A stretch of DNA of 64,000 bases from an uncultured Gammaproteobacteria bacterium (GTDB lineage: Bacteria > Patescibacteriota > Patescibacteriia > Magasanikbacterales > GWA2-37-8): positions 3,182 to 67,181 of the forward strand of contig CAZEDL010000004.1 in the NCBI GenBank assembly GCA_964510885.1. The letters run 5' to 3'. A program made the translations under genes and the position numbers. Shown one piece after another: positions 28,799 through 37,970 of this stretch; the first letter of the stretch is position 1, and each line of letters opens with the position of its first letter. A model generated the notes under the pieces. It did no database searches, was not told where the DNA came from, and saw only the letters and a program-made list of their open reading frames with translations.

Positions 28799-29182
28799 TT
28801 GATCGGAGGCGGAGCCTTCGTCATCGTCCCCCGGTTACGAATGCGCCCACCAACCTTAAATCAACCCCTCACTAACCAAGGCAGCAATCAAATAATACCC
28901 CCGAGCACTACTCCTAAATTACCATCTGATAACCCAACAAGCTGTACCGATAGCGACGGTGGTGGAAGCATTGCCGCTCAAATCCAAAAATTTGGTGAAG
29001 TGTCAGTCATGTTCCGCACTGGCAAAACGACCATATCCGACACGTGCAGCTCTACCCCGGTCAGTATCTTTGAGGCATCATGTGACAGTAGCGATATCAA
29101 TGGTTATAAAGTTCAAGAAGTAAGATGTGGATCATTGGTAGGTCCTGGATCAACCTGCCGACGTGGGGCCTGTGTAAGATAA
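28799..29182 (+). CDS. small secreted Cys-rich protein (6 Cys), non-ATG (TTG) start
   Basis: Upstream in frame is a hydrophobic LAVAAAVLLIGGGAFVIV segment with no ATG. The mature part carries 6 Cys. Confidence 0.35.
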   Translation: MIGGGAFVIVPRLRMRPPTLNQPLTNQGSNQIIPPSTTPKLPSDNPTSCTDSDGGGSIAAQIQKFGEVSVMFRTGKTTISDTCSSTPVSIFEASCDSSDINGYKVQEVRCGSLVGPGSTCRRGACVR

Positions 29183-29191
29183 AACAGTTTC

Positions 29192-29223
29192 AAAAAACTA
29201 CCCACTATTATGGGTAGTTTTTT
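29192..29223. terminator. bidirectional intrinsic terminator
   Basis: AAAAAACTACCCA-CTATTA-TGGGTAGTTTTTT. Confidence 0.7.
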
Positions 29224-29232
29224 ATTTCTGGT

Positions 29233-29303
29233 TGCGGGAATAGGACTCGAACCTATAACCTCCGGGTTATGAGCCCGGCGAGCTGCCAGTTGCTCCATCC
29301 CGC
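29233..29303 (-). tRNA. tRNA-Met or Ile2 (anticodon CAT), elongator-type
   Basis: Reverse complement GCGGGATGG...CCGGG-CTCATAA-CCCGG...GGTTCGAGTCC...TCCCGCA. G1-C72 is paired, so this is not an initiator. Confidence 0.75.
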
Positions 29304-29318
29304 TATATATTTATTCTG

Positions 29319-29391
29319 AGCGGCAGACCGGATTCGAACCGGCGACCTCTTCCTTGGCAAGGAAGCGTTCTACCAACTGAACTACTACCGC
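29319..29391 (-). tRNA. tRNA-Gly (anticodon GCC)
   Basis: Reverse complement GCGGTAG...CTTCC-TTGCCAA-GGAAG...GGTTCGAATCC...CTGCCGC-T. Confidence 0.85.
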
Positions 29392-29573
29392 GTGTTAATT
29401 TTTGGCAACAAATTTAAGGCTGGTCACAGTATAGCCGATCTGGTTTCCCTTGTCAATCTAGTGCAATTTCGCCTGTTCATTTCTAGCGGACTATTCCTTT
29501 TGGGGCCGAAAAACGACACCACAGCTCAACCAAAAATATCCCGCTGGCAGCGGGATATTTTTATTAAGAAGTA

Positions 29574-30392
29574 CTATTTGTTGAGAGCGGCGCGAGTTTT
29601 AGCACCGACATTAATTTCCACTATTTTCTTTGCCTTCTGATATGCTTTCACTGCTGCTACGGTAGTTGGCCCGTAGACCCCATTTGGCTTAACTGTTTTT
29701 GAGAAGTAGCCAAGTCCATGCAGCCTTCTTTGTAATTCGAGAATATCTCTAGCAAGCACAGTGCCCCGAGAGCTGGGACTCAAATTACGATTGAATTTAT
29801 AAAGAACAGGCGGTTTAACAACTGGAGTAGTCGGAACAGTCGGAGTTGTCGGAGTTGTCACCGGGATTGGATTAACTACCGGAGCTGGACTTGGTGTTGG
29901 GCTAGGAGTTGGGGAAGGGGGCAAAAGTGGACCGCCTCCGCCTCCATCATTTCGTGAAGGTGCTGAGCCGCCTGCTCCGCCTGGATCAGGCAAGCTACAG
30001 GTTGCGGTCGGAGTGACACGGATAGTATGAGAACTGTCTGTCTGTGAAGCAGGGTTGGTACAAGTAATGAGAACGGACGAATTGTTAGCGCCACAGGTAG
30101 TAGTGACCTGCGAGCAGGTGCTGTCAAAAGAAGTTCTAAAACCGCTTTTGTCAGTTGATTGAAGTAAAATACGAGAATTATCCGTCACCGTAAAATCGAT
30201 CGAATCTTCGTTAACTCGAAACGACTCTACTTTACTGCTCGAATCTATCGTATAGTACTTCTCTAAACTCGGCACATAGATCGATACTGTAGCATCACCC
30301 ATAGTCACAGTATCAAAGGCCGCCTGTGCGCCGCTAACCGGTAACAATAGTAATGCCCCAAGCACAATCACATATTGTAGTTTACTTTTCAT
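29574..30392 (-). CDS. secreted protein with C-terminal peptidoglycan-binding domain (PG_binding_1)
   Basis: Signal peptide, Gly/Pro/Thr-rich linker, then DILELQRRLHGLGYFSKTVKPNGVYGPTTVAAVKAYQ. Confidence 0.6.
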   Translation of the reverse strand: MKSKLQYVIVLGALLLLPVSGAQAAFDTVTMGDATVSIYVPSLEKYYTIDSSSKVESFRVNEDSIDFTVTDNSRILLQSTDKSGFRTSFDSTCSQVTTTCGANNSSVLITCTNPASQTDSSHTIRVTPTATCSLPDPGGAGGSAPSRNDGGGGGPLLPPSPTPSPTPSPAPVVNPIPVTTPTTPTVPTTPVVKPPVLYKFNRNLSPSSRGTVLARDILELQRRLHGLGYFSKTVKPNGVYGPTTVAAVKAYQKAKKIVEINVGAKTRAALNK

Positions 30393-30463
30393 AGGGTATG
30401 TGATGGACATCCTTTTTATCAAGCTAATTGAACAAAAGGACTGTCTAAATTAAAGGGGCTATT

Positions 30464-31672
30464 TTAATATTTCCAAACACTTACTCTCCAAGTACCATCG
30501 ATAGATCCAGGGTTGTCATTATCTCCACAAACTCGGATTGTTACAGTATTATTATCAGTCACAGCGGCAGACCATGAAGCATTGGCCAAATCAGCGTCTG
30601 CCTCAGCGGTACCAGGCGAAGCCACTGCTAAATCACCAACCTCTGCGCCAATTACGGTAACATCATTTGCAGCGTCACAATTATTGGCCCCAGCGTCAAA
30701 AGCAAGGGAACCAGTTAACACGCTAAAATGCTTCAGAACAGTAGTACCCGCGCCACCGATTTTAAGACCAGCATTAAATGTAGCAACACCTCCTACTACC
30801 ATAGTGCTGCTCACCGATGCCGTACCATCAAGCGCCAAGCGCTGAGCATTGATCGAACCATTGGCATAACTCACATCAAAGCTAGTAAGAGTTTGGCCTA
30901 CAGCCAAATAGTTGCTGGTAGTGGCGTAGGTAGAAGAAGCATAGTAAACTTTGTCGCTTCCGGCAAAAACCGTACCTGACGCATAAACATCCTTGAAAGC
31001 CTGGGTATACGAACCGATATCTGCAACATTATGCGCATCTGCCAGCACATTGCCGCGGAAAGTAACTGTACCGCCGACAATAAGCGTGCTACTCACGGCG
31101 ACTCCGGCATCAACAGATAACCCACCGGTTACATTTAAACTGCCATTGTCATAGCTGGCATTAAAACTTTGCGGCACGCCACCAACACTGATATATTTAC
31201 TACTTGTTACAATCGTAGAAGTGACCGAAGTCAGAGTGCCGGCGCCGCTTAAATTAAGCGCTGTTCCAAACATGGTGCCAGATGAATAAACATTGTTAAA
31301 CGCTTTGGTATAAGAACCAAGATTTGGAACCCCGTGGGCATCAGCAAGAAGATTCCCGCGGAAGGTTGCCGCTCCGCCTACAATGAGTGTGCTGCTTACC
31401 GAAGCAGCCCCATCCACGGATAATGGGCCGCTAGTATTCAGGCTGCCATTAGCATAACTAACATTGTGACTTACTGGCGAGGCACCGACGCTTAAATAAC
31501 CAGTATTAGTGGCGCTTGAAAACGACACACCCCCCGTCACCGATAAAGTCCCACCAATGCTGACATTGTGGCCGACGGTGGTAGCTGCCATTGCGGCAGG
31601 GGTACCAGCCAAGCACGCTACAACTGTAGTCAGTGACAGCAAGAGCCCGTAAGCTTTCTTTCCTCTTAGCAT
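30464..31672 (-). CDS. secreted beta-rich surface protein with three internal repeats of about 85 aa
   Basis: Repeat units Y[LI]SVG..P.S.N.SY.NGSLN..G.LSVD...VSSTLIVGG..TFRGN.LADAH.V...GSYT.AF..VY.SGT occur three times. Confidence 0.55.
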   Translation of the reverse strand: MLRGKKAYGLLLSLTTVVACLAGTPAAMAATTVGHNVSIGGTLSVTGGVSFSSATNTGYLSVGASPVSHNVSYANGSLNTSGPLSVDGAASVSSTLIVGGAATFRGNLLADAHGVPNLGSYTKAFNNVYSSGTMFGTALNLSGAGTLTSVTSTIVTSSKYISVGGVPQSFNASYDNGSLNVTGGLSVDAGVAVSSTLIVGGTVTFRGNVLADAHNVADIGSYTQAFKDVYASGTVFAGSDKVYYASSTYATTSNYLAVGQTLTSFDVSYANGSINAQRLALDGTASVSSTMVVGGVATFNAGLKIGGAGTTVLKHFSVLTGSLAFDAGANNCDAANDVTVIGAEVGDLAVASPGTAEADADLANASWSAAVTDNNTVTIRVCGDNDNPGSIDGTWRVSVWKY

Positions 31673-31738
31673 ATACATTGAGTTAATAAACATCTTTTTT
31701 ATCTCTGATTATTCTTGAGACAAAAGGTCTAAATAAAA

Positions 31739-32212
31739 TTATTTTAAATTTCCACCGCCAGCAGGCGAAAAATGCATCACATCGAGCACTAAATCAACAA
31801 TCGGATCATACAAAATTGCCTGCGTCGGATAAATAACTACGCGATCACCTTTTTTGGCAAACTGGTAAAAAATGGGATTTTCTTTTCGCAAAGCGTCGAC
31901 ATCAACGATTGTAGTCACAGTTACCCGCCCGGTCGGTAAATAAATATGCTTACCAAGTTTTTTTATCAAATCGTTAATGGAAGCATCTTTCCCAGCCACT
32001 TCTACCAGCTGCTGATTTAATTTATTTGTGCCAGTAGTTAGCAATTGTTCCTTGGCAATTGGAACAGGGGTCTGCCGCACGTCATGTTTATTTTTAAAAT
32101 CAAAGGCAAAAAATGCCCCAATTAATATGATTAAAAATGATAAAGCAAGTAACCAGAGAAAAAAAGTTTTGCTCGCTTGTGTTTTATCTGATACCGATTT
32201 TTTTTTAAACAT
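31739..32212 (-). CDS. membrane-anchored hypothetical protein
   Basis: N-terminal TM helix followed by a 130-aa domain of about 130 residues. Confidence 0.45.
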   Translation of the reverse strand: MFKKKSVSDKTQASKTFFLWLLALSFLIILIGAFFAFDFKNKHDVRQTPVPIAKEQLLTTGTNKLNQQLVEVAGKDASINDLIKKLGKHIYLPTGRVTVTTIVDVDALRKENPIFYQFAKKGDRVVIYPTQAILYDPIVDLVLDVMHFSPAGGGNLK

Positions 32213-32405
32213 GTTTGCTGCTATAAAAAAAGAGCTGGTAATGTATTTTAAAATACAGGCTATTTACTTATTGTAAATCTAATTATACAGTTTTTTTCTT
32301 TTTCTTTAAAGAAAATGTCAATAGAATGCAGTGTGGACAACTGAAAAAGCGTAGTACCCGTTGCCAAAACCAGACAAATAAAATATTCTATAGTCACTAA
32401 ATCGT

Positions 32406-33425
32406 ATGTCACAGCTCAAGCACCTCATTGTCATTCCACTTCTTGTCATCGGGATTTCCTATCTTACCATTAAACCTCTCCCGGTCCACGCGGAAACCGC
32501 TACCAGCACCCTGGAAGCTGGTTTTGCCAGCGGCTTTCGCTATTCTAAAAGCCCGCTTGTCACAAGCAATACCATCATCCGTATTTACGTCACCTTACAA
32601 AACCAATCTACCGCCGATATTCTTGGCACGGTACGCATTTTTGACAATGACCAGCCAATTGGCGACATACCATTCTCGATTGTAGCCAATCGCCTCATAG
32701 AAGTCTGGATCGATTGGACAGCCACCCCTGGTCCGCATTCTATTCGCGCCACTATTATTGACGCTAGAATCTCAAAAGCCGGTGAGTCGCCCGTAGCTAT
32801 CGCCCTTAGCATCCCAAACTCAAGTATCGACCTACAAACAGTGCCACTACCTGCACCGCCAACACCCACCTCCACCCCGACTGAATCGTCAAGCCGCCCA
32901 ACATCTGACCAGCCCGACCCGCCAGATACCGTCGGCGCTGCATCCACGACTTCGACCGACACTAAAAATGATCCTGCTGTCACAATTACCACTTTACTCG
33001 CAGCCGCTTTTGAAAAATTGCTGGCACTTGGTAAATCTAATACTACTTCTTCCACTAATTCTCAAACAGCGACCGTTTCGAGCAGCGATCAAAGCCAGCC
33101 GGATTCCATCGGGCAGCAGTTCAACGCCATTTTAAAGAGTCTAACCTCCGATCTAACCACCAAAAATAACAGTTTAAAAGCTGCTATTACGAGCGGCCAA
33201 GGCACCGAGCCGATCTTAACCGAACCTATCAACGCTCTCGAAGACAAAACTTTTATCAAAATCCCTGATAACAAAAAGCCAACTAAACAGCTGGTATATA
33301 GTTGGCTCATTTCCATTGCCATTACCATCCTGAATACGTGGTGGCTGATGGTAGTTATCTTTCTTATTATTCTGCGCGCTTTATACAAACTCTGGAAAGC
33401 GGTGCGCGAACAAGATGACGATTAG
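32406..33425 (+). CDS. Ser/Thr/Pro-rich surface protein with signal peptide and C-terminal TM anchor
   Basis: Signal peptide, PAPPTPTSTPTESSSRPTSDQPDPPDTVGAASTTSTD low-complexity region, and a C-terminal hydrophobic helix. Confidence 0.5.
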   Translation: MSQLKHLIVIPLLVIGISYLTIKPLPVHAETATSTLEAGFASGFRYSKSPLVTSNTIIRIYVTLQNQSTADILGTVRIFDNDQPIGDIPFSIVANRLIEVWIDWTATPGPHSIRATIIDARISKAGESPVAIALSIPNSSIDLQTVPLPAPPTPTSTPTESSSRPTSDQPDPPDTVGAASTTSTDTKNDPAVTITTLLAAAFEKLLALGKSNTTSSTNSQTATVSSSDQSQPDSIGQQFNAILKSLTSDLTTKNNSLKAAITSGQGTEPILTEPINALEDKTFIKIPDNKKPTKQLVYSWLISIAITILNTWWLMVVIFLIILRALYKLWKAVREQDDD

Positions 33426-33433
33426 GTAAATCA

Positions 33434-33907
33434 CTAATAAGCGATCACACTGATAGCCAGTGCTGGATTAAGGTGGTCATGAAAAAAGTAGGTACCGGCT
33501 TGTTTGAACGTCACTTTATAACCTTCATCAGCGCCAAAGGCTCCTGATTCTACTCCAGTGCCAGGGTCGGTATGACCATGATTTCGATCATAATCATCGC
33601 CTTGGCCTTCGGCGATATTATGAGTTTTGCCATCTTTACTATTAAACTGGACTACGCCACCAACCGGAATCAAAACCGTGTTTGGCTCGGCCCGATCAGG
33701 CAGCAAATCAACCGTTTGAAATAGCGGACGGGTCGGAACCGTAGCGGATGGCTGCAACTTAGCATCTGCCGCACTCGGGCGCTGGTAGGCATGTCTTGCC
33801 CCCACAAACCCTACCCCCATGGCCAACAAAAGGAGCGCCAGATATACTCCTCTTTTTTTTATTAGATCAGTATAGTCAGTCACAAACAATAGCAGCTTAT
33901 TCGACAA
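33434..33907 (-). CDS. cupredoxin-like protein lacking the Cys ligand (FHDHLNP in place of HCEPHPYM)
   Basis: TM anchor. C-terminal GTYFFHDHLNPALAISV aligns with the copper-site loop of the neighbouring cupredoxin, but Cys is replaced by Asp. Confidence 0.4.
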   Translation of the reverse strand: MSNKLLLFVTDYTDLIKKRGVYLALLLLAMGVGFVGARHAYQRPSAADAKLQPSATVPTRPLFQTVDLLPDRAEPNTVLIPVGGVVQFNSKDGKTHNIAEGQGDDYDRNHGHTDPGTGVESGAFGADEGYKVTFKQAGTYFFHDHLNPALAISVIAY

Positions 33908-34283
33908 CTTCTACCGTTCCTTTCATATACGGATGCGGTTCACAGTGGTATGGGAAAACTCCCACAGTGTCAAAGGTATAGCTATACGTTTCGTTCTGTC
34001 CGAAAAAGGCGCTGGCTGGGCCGGTGCCACTATCTACCGTCACCGTGTGTTTGGCCACATCTTTGTTGGTCCAGGTCACAGTCGTGCCTTTCTTCACCGT
34101 AAGGGTAGCTGGGCCATAGGCATACTTTTCAATCGTCACCGCATTCGCTGCCTGAGGAGCGGTGGCAGTCGGCGCGCCATCCTCTGGCTGCGTAGTCGCC
34201 GTCGGAGCAGTTGCGCCACAGCCGCTCATCACGAGCATCAAACCAAACATTGCAACCACACTTAAGCTTTTAGCATTCATCAT
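33897..34283 (-). CDS. blue-copper (plastocyanin/amicyanin-like cupredoxin) lipoprotein
   Basis: Lipobox LMSGC. Type-1 copper ligands occur at AKHTVTV ... YHCEPHPYMKGTV. Confidence 0.65.
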   Translation of the reverse strand: MMNAKSLSVVAMFGLMLVMSGCGATAPTATTQPEDGAPTATAPQAANAVTIEKYAYGPATLTVKKGTTVTWTNKDVAKHTVTVDSGTGPASAFFGQNETYSYTFDTVGVFPYHCEPHPYMKGTVEVVE

Positions 34284-34389
34284 ATAAAAAAATAACTATA
34301 AATTAACAAGATGATAATACCACACCCATAAAAAAATTAACAACTAAAAACCTCCCCATTTACGAGGAGGTTTAGCGCTCATTCAGAGC

Positions 34390-35115
34390 TTAGAATTTGT
34401 CCGGGTTCTGTTTTACGATCGCTCCAGCAATTGCATCAGCGATCTTGCCGATCTGAGCTTCGGCTTTGACCTGGTTGTCATACGAACCGGCATAGTCCTT
34501 TGCGCCATAGGTATCAACGGCCGCTTTCAGGAGTCCGACGTGTTCGTTAACCAGCGTCTTCACCGCTTCGCGCGGCAAATTTGGGTTGGCCTGCGAGAAG
34601 AAATCCGAGATCGCATCGACATATCCGCCGAGGTTAGCTACGGCTTTGTCCATGCCAGCTTTATCGCCAGCCTTGGCGGCTACCGTGTAATCAACGAAAA
34701 AGCCGATGTGGCTGCGCCAGATAGCCAAAAATTTAGTGCCGGCTTCTTTGCCGTATACGCTGCCGACCGCTTCAGATAATTGAACCGAATTAGCATCAAG
34801 AGCTTTGGCTGCCGCTTCAAAATCAGCCCGGCCATCAAATCCAGCGCGCACCGCCGTGGCTGCCAAGCTAACATGCTGGCGTTCCAAGGCGTTCAAAAGA
34901 ACGCGCAGATCAGCTGCTGCCGTATCCGTCACCGGAGCCGGTTTGGCCATCATAGTATCCCCCATTTTTTCCATTCCCATTTTATCCATTGCCATGTCAT
35001 GGCCCATATCTTTTTTCCCGGCCGTCAGAGTGGCCGCGCCATAACCGACCACTAGGCCGATTACTACCATTACTACTCCGACCATTACGGCCGAACCGCT
35101 TTTGTTAGACATCAT
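34390..35115 (-). CDS. membrane-anchored protein with Met-rich (MxxM-type, copper-binding-like) N-terminal segment
   Basis: GHDMAMDKMGMEKMGDTMM precedes an alpha-helical domain. The gene is adjacent to the cupredoxin genes and the stretch is visibly GC-richer. Confidence 0.45.
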   Translation of the reverse strand: MMSNKSGSAVMVGVVMVVIGLVVGYGAATLTAGKKDMGHDMAMDKMGMEKMGDTMMAKPAPVTDTAAADLRVLLNALERQHVSLAATAVRAGFDGRADFEAAAKALDANSVQLSEAVGSVYGKEAGTKFLAIWRSHIGFFVDYTVAAKAGDKAGMDKAVANLGGYVDAISDFFSQANPNLPREAVKTLVNEHVGLLKAAVDTYGAKDYAGSYDNQVKAEAQIGKIADAIAGAIVKQNPDKF

Positions 35116-35222
35116 GTTTGCATCTTGCATAGGTGCGAAAAAATTAAACAAGTTAATTAACAATCTTCGACCTTTCTTAAGGTGCTTTTAGTATAGCAAA
35201 GCAAGAAAAAAAATGCCACCCT

Positions 35223-35843
35223 CTAAGCCCTCTTCATTTGAGCCAAAAAATAGCGATGCCACACAATGGTGGTAAGCTCCGGATGAAAGGCCAGAGCCAG
35301 ATAATACTGTCCTTTCGACCGCTGTTCCGCCGCTACAATTTCAGCATTATGTGAAGCGAGGGCCGCAACCCCAGATTCGATCCGTACAAACCGTGGTGCG
35401 CGAATAAACACCGCCTGGCACTCCCCAAGCATAGTGGCGAGCGACGTTTCAAACGAGGCAGCCTGGCGACCATAGGCATTGCGATCCACCGTGATATCCA
35501 TTAATTCGAACGTCCGCTGATCAGCCGTTCTATGCAGCACCTTTTTAGCGAGCAAAATAGCCCCCGCGCAGGTCCCCATGATAGCCGGAATTTTTTTCAT
35601 GGCAGCGAACATATCTTCACGTTCTAATAATTTGTGCAGCACCGTACTTTCCCCGCCCGGCACAATAAGGCCGTCGAGCTCTGCTAAATCTTGCTTATTT
35701 CTGACCTCGATAATCTCTATCCGTAATCCTAAATCAACTGCCGCTGCCATCAGTGCCTGCACGTGCTCAACCACTCCGCCTTGCAGACTCAAAACACCTA
35801 TCTTTAAAAATGTCGCACTGTTTTTATGTTTTAATGTTTTCAT
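35223..35843 (-). CDS. pdxT: pyridoxal 5'-phosphate synthase glutaminase subunit
   Basis: LKIGVLSLQGGVVEHVQAL...GLIVPGGESTV...MGTCAGAILLAKKV. Confidence 0.85.
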   Translation of the reverse strand: MKTLKHKNSATFLKIGVLSLQGGVVEHVQALMAAAVDLGLRIEIIEVRNKQDLAELDGLIVPGGESTVLHKLLEREDMFAAMKKIPAIMGTCAGAILLAKKVLHRTADQRTFELMDITVDRNAYGRQAASFETSLATMLGECQAVFIRAPRFVRIESGVAALASHNAEIVAAEQRSKGQYYLALAFHPELTTIVWHRYFLAQMKRA

Positions 35844-35852
35844 GCTTTAAAG

Positions 35853-36743
35853 TTACACTCCCCTTTCCGCCATTTTCACTGCCAAAGTTCTAATCTCCTG
35901 CCCCGGCATCGCCTGTCCTAACCCCTCACTCGCCAGCGCAATTTTTTTAGCATCCCTAAAATGCGCCACTGCATCCACCACTGCCTTGGCCCGCACCGCC
36001 GGATCACTGCTCTTAAAAATTCCCGACCCCACAAATACTCCATCCACACCCAGCTGCATACACAGTGCTGCATCAGCCGGCGTAGCAATCCCGCCTGCTG
36101 CAAAATTCACCACTGGCAGCCTGCCAAGTTTGGCGGTAGTCAGCACCAGTTCATACGGCACTCGCATGGCAATCGCCATTTTTTTGAGCGTCGCCATTTT
36201 TTTCTTATGCAATAACTCTTGAATTTCAATCACACCCTGATTCATCGCCCGAATATGGCGAATCGCTTCCACGATATTCCCACTCCCGGCTTCGCCCTTG
36301 GTGCGAATCATCGCTGCCCCTTCGTGTATCCGGCGGAGCGCCTCACCAAGATTACGCGCCCCACACACAAACGGTGCCGTAAACGGTGTTTTATTAATAT
36401 GAAACTCTTCATCAGCCGGCGTCAGCACCTCACTTTCATCAATAAAATCAAGCTCGAGCGCTTCAAGCACCTGCGCTTCTACAAAATGTCCGATGCGACA
36501 TTTTGCCATCACCGGAATCGTCACCGTGCGCTGAATCTGTTTAATCATCGCGGGATCGCTCATCCGCGCCACACCGCCTTCAGCCCGGATATCAGCCGGA
36601 ATTTTTTCAAGCGCCATCACCGCCACCGCCCCAGCAGCTTCGGCGATCTTGGCTTGCTCGCTGGTCGTGACATCCATAATCACGCCACCCTTCAGCATTT
36701 GAGCCAAACCGGATTTAACCGTAAAAGTTCCTGTCTGTTTCAT
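35853..36743 (-). CDS. pdxS: pyridoxal 5'-phosphate synthase lyase subunit
   Basis: [45 protein letters not shown]...[16 protein letters not shown]. Confidence 0.9.
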   Translation of the reverse strand: MKQTGTFTVKSGLAQMLKGGVIMDVTTSEQAKIAEAAGAVAVMALEKIPADIRAEGGVARMSDPAMIKQIQRTVTIPVMAKCRIGHFVEAQVLEALELDFIDESEVLTPADEEFHINKTPFTAPFVCGARNLGEALRRIHEGAAMIRTKGEAGSGNIVEAIRHIRAMNQGVIEIQELLHKKKMATLKKMAIAMRVPYELVLTTAKLGRLPVVNFAAGGIATPADAALCMQLGVDGVFVGSGIFKSSDPAVRAKAVVDAVAHFRDAKKIALASEGLGQAMPGQEIRTLAVKMAERGV

Positions 36744-36949
36744 AGAGTAAGATCGAAATAAAATATCTTGCCGCTCGGGCGAAAAAGCCTAGATATATAA
36801 CACCAAAAAAATCGCTTTGTCTATTGATTAAAATCGTAAAACTATCTTGACAAAATTATAATTCTACGTTATTATTGCCTGTTTTCACTATACCTAAAAC
36901 GAGACCCTAAACGCGAGAACGGTGTATTGACAACACCAAAGGAGACCCT

Positions 36950-37204
36950 ATGGCTCAGTACCTACGACTTACGATGCTGCTCTTTGTATTTATCAACGGC
37001 TGTGCCAGCGCACGACCAGATCGGCTGCGGATCTGTCGCCTGGTAGACCCCAACTGCGGACTGACCACGCTTGAAGTGGTCACAGTCAAGGTCAACGGCT
37101 GCGCGAAGGCCACCGAGATTCACGAAGTTGGGCCCGCACGCATCGTGCCCGGTGGCAGCCGCCGGATCACCGGCTCATGCCACGTCATCGGCGACACGCA
37201 ATAG
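36950..37204 (+). CDS. small Cys-containing lipoprotein (hypothetical)
   Basis: Lipobox FINGC. 84 aa, GC-rich. Confidence 0.35.
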   Translation: MAQYLRLTMLLFVFINGCASARPDRLRICRLVDPNCGLTTLEVVTVKVNGCAKATEIHEVGPARIVPGGSRRITGSCHVIGDTQ

Positions 37205-37236
37205 CTCGCCCCTCCCACCCAAAGGATGGAGGAGGG

Positions 37237-37312
37237 CGCTCGCTGTCCCGTTCTCCTCCATCCCTATTCACTATTTCACTGTTGGAATAATGAATAGAGA
37301 GGAGAACGGCTA
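37237..37312. repeat. nested inverted repeat (long hairpin)
   Basis: CCGTTCTCCTCcatcc-CTATTCACTAtttcactgttggaaTAATGAATAG-aGAGGAGAACGG. Confidence 0.5.
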
Positions 37313-37421
37313 AAAACCAGGCACTATCTGCCTGTTTTTTAATTAAAAACTAAGAATCCTTTAAGATATTGACCAACCTCAACATTTTTGTTAGAGTAGC
37401 GGACGACTTTTTAAAAAGTAC

Positions 37422-37493
37422 GCCGCGGTAGCTCAGTGGTAGAGCGCAGCCCTGAAGAGGCTGGCGTCGTCAGTTCGATTCTGACCCGCGGCA
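37422..37493 (+). tRNA. tRNA-Phe (anticodon GAA)
   Basis: Acceptor GCCGCGG/CCGCGGC, anticodon loop CTGAAGA, T-loop GTTCGATTC. Confidence 0.85.
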
Positions 37494-37494
37494 C

Positions 37495-37620
37495 GCGCCC
37501 CCGAATCGAACGGGGAAGGCTTGGGAATCGGGAGGTTCCCACCTCTGCCGGGAAGAGCACACAAGAGGGCGGAAGCCCTTTGGTGAGAGGTTCTGATTCG
37601 CATCGGAACCAATTTTGCTT
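37495..37620 (+). other. tRNA-trailer conserved structured element, copy 2 (after tRNA-Phe)
   Basis: Begins GCGCCCCCGAATCGAAC, where GAATCGAAC is the reverse complement of the tRNA-Phe T-loop. Core GGGGAAGG-GGGAATC[GGGA]GGTTCCC-...-GGGC[GGAA]GCCC. It is followed at 37621-37634 by a duplicate of the tRNA 3' end CTGACCCGCGGCAC. Confidence 0.7.
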
Positions 37621-37820
37621 CTGACCCGCGGCACAAGACGAGTGAGTTGATTGTAATTAGGGAGTGCAATTAGTAGTTTGGATAAAATAAAAGAGCGGAT
37701 TCACATTCCTCTGTCCAAATTATTAACTACTAAATACAAACTACTCAATTACGGGGTATACTATGGTATATCCCTCAACGCTCGGAAAACCCAAATAAAT
37801 TTGGTTTTTCCTCACTAATT

Positions 37821-37894
37821 CGGGGTATGGCTCAATTGGCTAGAGCGCCTGGTTTGGGACCAGGAGGTTGTGGGTTCAAGTCCCACTACCCCGA
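37821..37894 (+). tRNA. tRNA-Pro (anticodon TGG)
   Basis: Acceptor CGGGGTA/TACCCCG, anticodon loop TTTGGGA, T-loop GGTTCAAGTCC. Confidence 0.85.
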
Positions 37895-37896
37895 CA

Positions 37897-37928
37897 AATA
37901 AAATATCCGGCAACAAGCCGGTTATTTT
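37897..37928 (+). terminator. intrinsic terminator after tRNA-Pro
   Basis: AAAATATCCGGC-AACAA-GCCGGTTATTTT. Confidence 0.6.
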
Positions 37929-37970
37929 AATTGACCCCGGCCAAGTATCCAGGTATCGTAGAAAATACCT

